IMG/VR virus record: IMGVR_UViG_3300031519_006967
Location: 36,828-100,827 of that record
Direction: 5' to 3' (one strand)
DNA length: 64,000 nucleotides
Source of the DNA: a virus
Notes under the pieces: generated by a model
Databases searched by the model: none
Told to the model about the DNA's origin: nothing
What the model saw: the letters and a program-made list of their open reading frames with translations, nothing else
Made by a program: the position numbers and the translations under genes
Shown: positions 59,471 through 64,000 of the stretch, in pieces
How the letters are laid out: each line of letters opens with the position of its first letter
How positions within the stretch are numbered: the first letter of the stretch is position 1

Positions 59471-60364
59471 TTAGCTAAATGAAAACCACTCTTCTAGTAG
59501 ATTCTTGTTATTTAATAATGATCTCCAAGAGGTGATATCTCTAGTCACCGCAGTTAATCTATATGTATCACACATGGATCGAAGCTCAGACTCATTGAAC
59601 GTGTTGGTTTCTACTAATTCATCCAACTGAGTATCATATGACTCTATCTCCCCCTCTGATAATGCTATACTTTTAGTTAAATCCATAATTTTGCGGTTTC
59701 TTTTTAAAATATCCACTTGATCGGTAGTTAGGGTGTCCCACTCTTTTGATATTGCAAGACGCTTAGATTTAACTTCACCATATCGATCCAACCCAATCAC
59801 ATTGTCTGATTTGTCGCCTAAAATGGCTTTATAATCAACGAAGCATTCTTTTGGAACGCCTGTAAACTCCTCGAAGTTTTCTAAGGTGACTTTGACATTT
59901 TTGGTAGTGTTAAATACGACTGTATTTTCAGATGCTAGTTGTAATAAATCCCTATCGGATGATATCACGACCTTATCTCCTTCCAGTGTAGTTGTTAGGT
60001 ATGCTGCTACATCATCCGCTTCCAAATTCCATGGGTACATATTCTTGATACCTAAGTGTTGGGTGAGTTCAATGATAAGATCAATGGCATCAAATATTTC
60101 ATTTCGGACATCATCTTCTATGTTTCTGTGGCCTTTATAGTCCACAAGTTCTTTTCTGTAATTATCTCCTGTTGGGTTTAACCTTTTATCCCAGACTATA
60201 TATACGTGATTGGGTTTGAAGGATTCTATGTATCCTTTAACCATTCGAAGGAATTGAGTTACGACTGTTATATTAACGCCGTTCACCATCTGACTTCCTT
60301 TTGTTACGTGGTATGCTCTGAATATTGTGTTATTTCCGTCCAAGATTAAGTTTAGACTGTTCAT
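59471..60364 (-). CDS. rnh: 5'-3' exonuclease / T4 RNase H-like flap nuclease
   Basis: ILDGNN, YKGHR, LEADD, ISSDRDLLQL, GDKSDNV.G. Confidence 0.92.
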   Translation of the reverse strand: MNSLNLILDGNNTIFRAYHVTKGSQMVNGVNITVVTQFLRMVKGYIESFKPNHVYIVWDKRLNPTGDNYRKELVDYKGHRNIEDDVRNEIFDAIDLIIELTQHLGIKNMYPWNLEADDVAAYLTTTLEGDKVVISSDRDLLQLASENTVVFNTTKNVKVTLENFEEFTGVPKECFVDYKAILGDKSDNVIGLDRYGEVKSKRLAISKEWDTLTTDQVDILKRNRKIMDLTKSIALSEGEIESYDTQLDELVETNTFNESELRSMCDTYRLTAVTRDITSWRSLLNNKNLLEEWFSFS

Positions 60365-60373
60365 GTCAATAAC

Positions 60374-60655
60374 TTAATCCATGGAAGGAGTAGATTCCAC
60401 TTTTTTATCATTATTCTCCCAAGTTAGCCTAACATCTGCGTATACATCATCAGGCATTTCTTCAATGATTTCAAGGGTTTCCTCCAACACCATAGCATCG
60501 AATAAATCTTTAGGTATAGTCAAGTTAGTGTTTCCGCCAGCAAAGATTTTCAAACATTCTACTTGCTTTGCGCCATATTCTATGACTATAATACCATTAC
60601 CAGACTCTCCTGGTATACATAATGCCATGAAATGTTTTTCATAATTCATAAGCAT
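60374..60655 (-). CDS. Hypothetical protein
   Basis: 93-aa ORF. Confidence 0.6.
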   Translation of the reverse strand: MLMNYEKHFMALCIPGESGNGIIVIEYGAKQVECLKIFAGGNTNLTIPKDLFDAMVLEETLEIIEEMPDDVYADVRLTWENNDKKVESTPSMD

Positions 60656-60744
60656 ATTTAATTACTAAATTACTTTAAAGCAATTAAAATATTTATTAGG
60701 GCGAATGCCCGTGGGTGTGTTCGGCTTTAAAGTTATTATTAATA

Positions 60745-61023
60745 TTACTTAAATGGTCTAGGGCCAAAAGTCTTTCTATAATATTTTCTAAAGTCTTTTT
60801 GAATTTTACCAGTTGTTGGGATTAGTGGAAGAGAGTAAACGTGTCCGCCTTTTTGGAAAAATCCGATACGGCGAGGTAAAACCTTTTTCATTTCCTTTGG
60901 GGATAATTTACCTGGATATACTTTTCGGCCCTTCTGGTCCAACCACTTAGCGTAATGCCGTTCTTCGATGAGTTCCAAGGATTCGTTGATCTTACGTAGT
61001 TTTTCGTTAAAATTCGGGGTCAT
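60745..61023 (-). CDS. Basic protein with CTS-like N-terminus
   Basis: MTPNFNEKLRKINE; TAAATA 5 nt upstream. Confidence 0.6.
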   Translation of the reverse strand: MTPNFNEKLRKINESLELIEERHYAKWLDQKGRKVYPGKLSPKEMKKVLPRRIGFFQKGGHVYSLPLIPTTGKIQKDFRKYYRKTFGPRPFK

Positions 61024-61102
61024 GTCAATATTTATCCTCGACCGACTATATTTTTATGGTATCATACCAATATTTCGAATGAAAGGAGACTAATTAGTAA
61101 TT

Positions 61103-61723
61103 ATGAAGACTATAATGAACAAATTAGTGATTTTGGAATTGAACAAAAATTGGTTCCCAATCACACTAAAAACCCCAAAGAAGGTATTTGAAAGTTTCTC
61201 GACAGGAAACCTACTGGGACTTCATATGGATTGGTCAGAAGAAGATATTGAAAACGATGACTTTTCAAATCCAACTGAACTTAGTCCGTTGGGGTGGGAC
61301 GACTGGATCAAACTTCCAGTTCGTGACACGGATTTGTCTATTAGAACTTCCACGTTGGAAATTCGCGTCCCAAATATCGTAATTTGTTCTAAATTTAGCT
61401 CTATTCCAAACAATCCACCAAAAATGAGCAAGCGGAATATTATGGCTAGAGACAACATGACTTGTCAGTTCACGGGCGTTCAATACGCCAAGAAAGACTT
61501 AAACATTGATCACGTTATCCCAAAAAGCCGTGGTGGGGGAAACACATGGGAAAACCTTGTAACGTGCCATACTTCAATTAATACTTATAAGTCTAACCAA
61601 ACTCCAAAAGAGGCTGGATTGGAATTAATTCGTCCTCCTAAGAGACCGTCGCCTTCTTCATTATTCTTTGCGGATAAAATGAAAGACCCGAAGTGGGCAA
61701 TGTTTATGAAACATTTAAATTAA
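61103..61723 (+). CDS. HNH endonuclease
   Basis: RDNMTCQF, IDHVIPKSRGG.NTWENLVTC...N..K. Confidence 0.9.
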   Translation: MKTIMNKLVILELNKNWFPITLKTPKKVFESFSTGNLLGLHMDWSEEDIENDDFSNPTELSPLGWDDWIKLPVRDTDLSIRTSTLEIRVPNIVICSKFSSIPNNPPKMSKRNIMARDNMTCQFTGVQYAKKDLNIDHVIPKSRGGGNTWENLVTCHTSINTYKSNQTPKEAGLELIRPPKRPSPSSLFFADKMKDPKWAMFMKHLN

Positions 61724-61771
61724 CTTGACTTTGGTTGTGGAGGGGTTATGATTCTCTACAACCTAACCAAC

Positions 61772-62212
61772 ATGATCTTATTTATCATTCTACTATTAAT
61801 TCATATTACAATTACTGTTGTTATTTCCATGTCCGATGACCATGGAGACTGCGCCCATTTTTATTTTTTCGTCGTGGGTAGTATATTCTTAATGTTATTC
61901 CTAGTGATGAGTTATGTTAAATCTAGATCATCGCCGGTTTTTGATGTCACCCCGAGTGTTATGTATGCCTCATATGAGGGTAAAGGTTTTGTTTTATATG
62001 AAGAGGATGCTATGGGTATATTGATCCCAATATATACGGATGCTTCACCCGCAGAGGTGGAAACGGCCCAAAAGCACACAACGACTTATGATAATTCTCC
62101 CCGCTGGTGGAGATTTACTTTTGCTAAATCACCCATTACGGAATATGTATATCCATTAGATATTAAAATAATTCCTAAAGTTGCAGTAGAGTTGAATGTA
62201 GAAGTTGAGTAG
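61772..62212 (+). CDS. Hypothetical membrane protein
   Basis: Two N-terminal hydrophobic segments. Confidence 0.6.
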   Translation: MILFIILLLIHITITVVISMSDDHGDCAHFYFFVVGSIFLMLFLVMSYVKSRSSPVFDVTPSVMYASYEGKGFVLYEEDAMGILIPIYTDASPAEVETAQKHTTTYDNSPRWWRFTFAKSPITEYVYPLDIKIIPKVAVELNVEVE

Positions 62213-62226
62213 TGTATAGTATATAC

Positions 62227-62724
62227 ATGAGCAACATTATAACACTCACTAAAGAAGAACGCTTTGAAGCCAGAAAATGGGGCAACGCCCGAAGAGATAC
62301 TAATGTTAACGGTCAACTAATTGATTTAAGTCACTCTGGTAAACCCATGAAGGGATGTTGGAGAAAAAATGATGTGATTGGCGCAGGAGCAGAAATTGCA
62401 GTTGCAAGATTGTTGGGTGAGGAATTCACCGGAACAGTAAATTCATTTCACGATGTTGATGTAGCGGGTGGGTGGCAAGTTAGATGCACCGACTATTCCA
62501 CAGGTCGTTTAATTATACGTCCTCACAAAAAAGATAACCTAGAACACAAATACGTCTTAGTAGTATACGAACACAACGCCGTCTTTAATATTAAAGGATG
62601 GATTTTAGGATCAGATGCAATACAGGATAAATTTTTATTTAATCCTAATGGCGGGACACCCGCATATTTTGTCCCTCAACACGAACTGGCGGACTTCAAC
62701 TTAACAAATTTAAATAAAAAGTAA
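62227..62724 (+). CDS. Hypothetical protein, possible PD-(D/E)xK-like fold
   Basis: GAGAEIAVA...DVAGGWQVR...GW...YFVP. Confidence 0.55.
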   Translation: MSNIITLTKEERFEARKWGNARRDTNVNGQLIDLSHSGKPMKGCWRKNDVIGAGAEIAVARLLGEEFTGTVNSFHDVDVAGGWQVRCTDYSTGRLIIRPHKKDNLEHKYVLVVYEHNAVFNIKGWILGSDAIQDKFLFNPNGGTPAYFVPQHELADFNLTNLNKK

Positions 62725-62753
62725 AAAAAGATTTACATAAAGCTTGTTCATAG

Positions 62754-62885
62754 GCTATCTTTGGGATGCTGACTTGCAGAATAGGGAGATTCACAATCCC
62801 TGTTTTTTACGACTGGCGGGTGATGGGGTCGGTAGAGGAATGTGATATCGAATGGTTGCCGAATGTAAAATGATATCAGGATAGC
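62754..62885. ncRNA. Candidate structured RNA (multi-stem junction)
   Basis: Closing stem GCTATCT/GGATAGC enclosing three predicted hairpins in an intergenic gap. Confidence 0.35.
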
Positions 62886-62921
62886 GCCACTTGACGAAAC
62901 CAACCAAACTAAATAGGTCAT

Positions 62922-63281
62922 ATGAAGGATATAAGCCATTTGGTGGAAGAAATAATTCCAAAGGAATTATGGAAACTCAAAGTGACATATGTCGTTCTGA
63001 CTAAAAAGGGACCAATAGTGATCTCTTCTGGCTTTGAATTTGATCAAGCGTCAGTGGGAATTGCTAGACTACTTATAAGTAAAACTGAGTTGGGTATTTT
63101 ATCCACATTAACTCATGATTGGTTATATAGGAATAAGGGTGGTATCGGCGACCTAGTATTTACTAGGAAGGAAGCTGACCACATTTTTCTGGAACATATG
63201 AGAGTCTTAGGGATATCCAGATGGAAGAGATTAACTGCTTATCATGTAATAAGAGCAGTTTCTTGGATGTTTTGGGGTTGA
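62922..63281 (+). CDS. DUF1353-family protein
   Basis: GFEFDQASV, THDWLY, TRKEADHIFLE.M...G. Confidence 0.8.
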   Translation: MKDISHLVEEIIPKELWKLKVTYVVLTKKGPIVISSGFEFDQASVGIARLLISKTELGILSTLTHDWLYRNKGGIGDLVFTRKEADHIFLEHMRVLGISRWKRLTAYHVIRAVSWMFWG

Positions 63282-63337
63282 TAACAAATTTAAAGTATAT
63301 TACGCTATAGATTCTCACGATAATTTGAATTCAATAC

Positions 63338-63365
63338 TTGACATTGCTTCAATGTATTGTAAAAT
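63338..63365 (+). promoter_or_regulatory. Sigma70-type promoter for the tRNA cluster
   Basis: TTGACA (63338-63343), 16-nt spacer, TAAAAT. Confidence 0.55.
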
Positions 63366-63414
63366 GTGAAGTGCTTTGTGCAAATTGTCACTTTAAACAC
63401 CACTTTAACGAAAA

Positions 63415-63490
63415 GCAAGTGTAACTCAATTGGTAGAGTCTTTGATTTCCAATCAAAAGGTTGAGGGTTCGAGTCCCTTCGCTTGCTCCA
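63415..63490 (+). tRNA. tRNA-Gly(TCC)
   Basis: Acceptor GCAAGTG/CGCTTGC, anticodon arm TTTGA-TTTCCAA-TCAAA, GTTCGAG T-loop, encoded CCA. Confidence 0.93.
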
Positions 63491-63496
63491 TTTAAT

Positions 63497-63571
63497 GTTC
63501 CCATCGTCTACGGTAGGTTAGGATATGATCTTTTCACGGTCAGGAACTGAGTTCGACCCTCAGTGGGAATG
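63497..63571 (+). tRNA. tRNA-Glu(TTC)
   Basis: Acceptor GTTCCCA/TGGGAAT, anticodon arm TGATC-TTTTCAC-GGTCA, T arm CTGAG-TTCGACC-CTCAG; no encoded CCA. Confidence 0.88.
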
Positions 63572-63589
63572 CTTTACAAATAAATTTTT

Positions 63590-63805
63590 ATGAAATCCAA
63601 ATACGGACCTAGAAATACAAACTGCCCAATTATATATCCAGAGGATATTAAAGTTGGAGGGTTTACTTTTTCTAGGGAATTGATTGAAGACTTACGAGAA
63701 TTAAACGGAATAGACATTCCAGATGAATTATTCGATTATATGGATTTCTCAAACAGAAAAACGTCCAGAGAAAAAATAAATGATTATATTTATGAACGTG
63801 ATTAA
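63590..63805 (+). CDS. Small protein with a gp23-like segment
   Basis: FSRELIEDLRELNGIDIPDEL. Confidence 0.5.
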   Translation: MKSKYGPRNTNCPIIYPEDIKVGGFTFSRELIEDLRELNGIDIPDELFDYMDFSNRKTSREKINDYIYERD

Positions 63806-63814
63806 AAATTAAAA

Positions 63815-63912
63815 GGAAGTATGATCCGAAAGATTCTGGTTACGGATGCTGTCTTGAAAACAGTTGGTTATTGATAAAATGCGTGTGTGTTCGACTCCCA
63901 CCTGTGCTACCA
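63815..63912 (+). pseudogene. Chimeric or degenerate tRNA-Ser(TGA)
   Basis: Anticodon arm GCTGT-CTTGAAA-ACAGT, TTCGACT loop and CCA are present, but acceptor strands GGAAGTA and CTGTGCT do not pair. Confidence 0.65.
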
Positions 63913-64000
63913 ATAGAAACTTGATAAAAACAGTTGACCAATACTAAAACTTGTTGTAAGGTTACAACAGATGAGCGACAAACAATCCCGCAAAGTCAGA

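Noticed and set aside
62754-62900. Hammerhead ribozyme
   Set aside because: GAAAC is present but no correctly placed CUGANGA core

Overview
A 64-kb, AT-rich slice of a large T4-like myovirus genome. It contains replication and recombination genes (gp46 C-terminus, gp43 DNA polymerase, UvsX, gp41, gp59-like, gp32, gp45, gp61, gp62, RNase H) and virion and packaging genes (gp17, gp18, gp19, gp3-like, gp5/gp27/gp53/gp26/gp54-like, tape-measure-like, GroES-like). It also has three candidate peptidoglycan hydrolases, two glycosyltransferases, homing endonucleases and the start of a tRNA cluster. Five things stand out. (1) About 16 unrelated accessory proteins share an N-terminal peptide resembling the T4 capsid-targeting sequence; they include an Acb1-like 2H phosphoesterase, a kinase, a GNAT-like and ART-like proteins, suggesting a packaged and injected cargo set. 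(2) Over 40 genes have TAA[A/G/T]TA 5-7 nt before the ATG, implying leaderless late mRNAs. (3) Three scattered mini-ORFs carry complementary pieces of a gp23-type capsid protein. (4) A DUF2828 (TROVE/vWA-like) gene has a 5' leader with two hairpins sharing ATWCAGCAA. (5) A complete integron-type attC cassette sits between that gene and its terminator. All product calls come from reading motifs by eye; no database searches were run.
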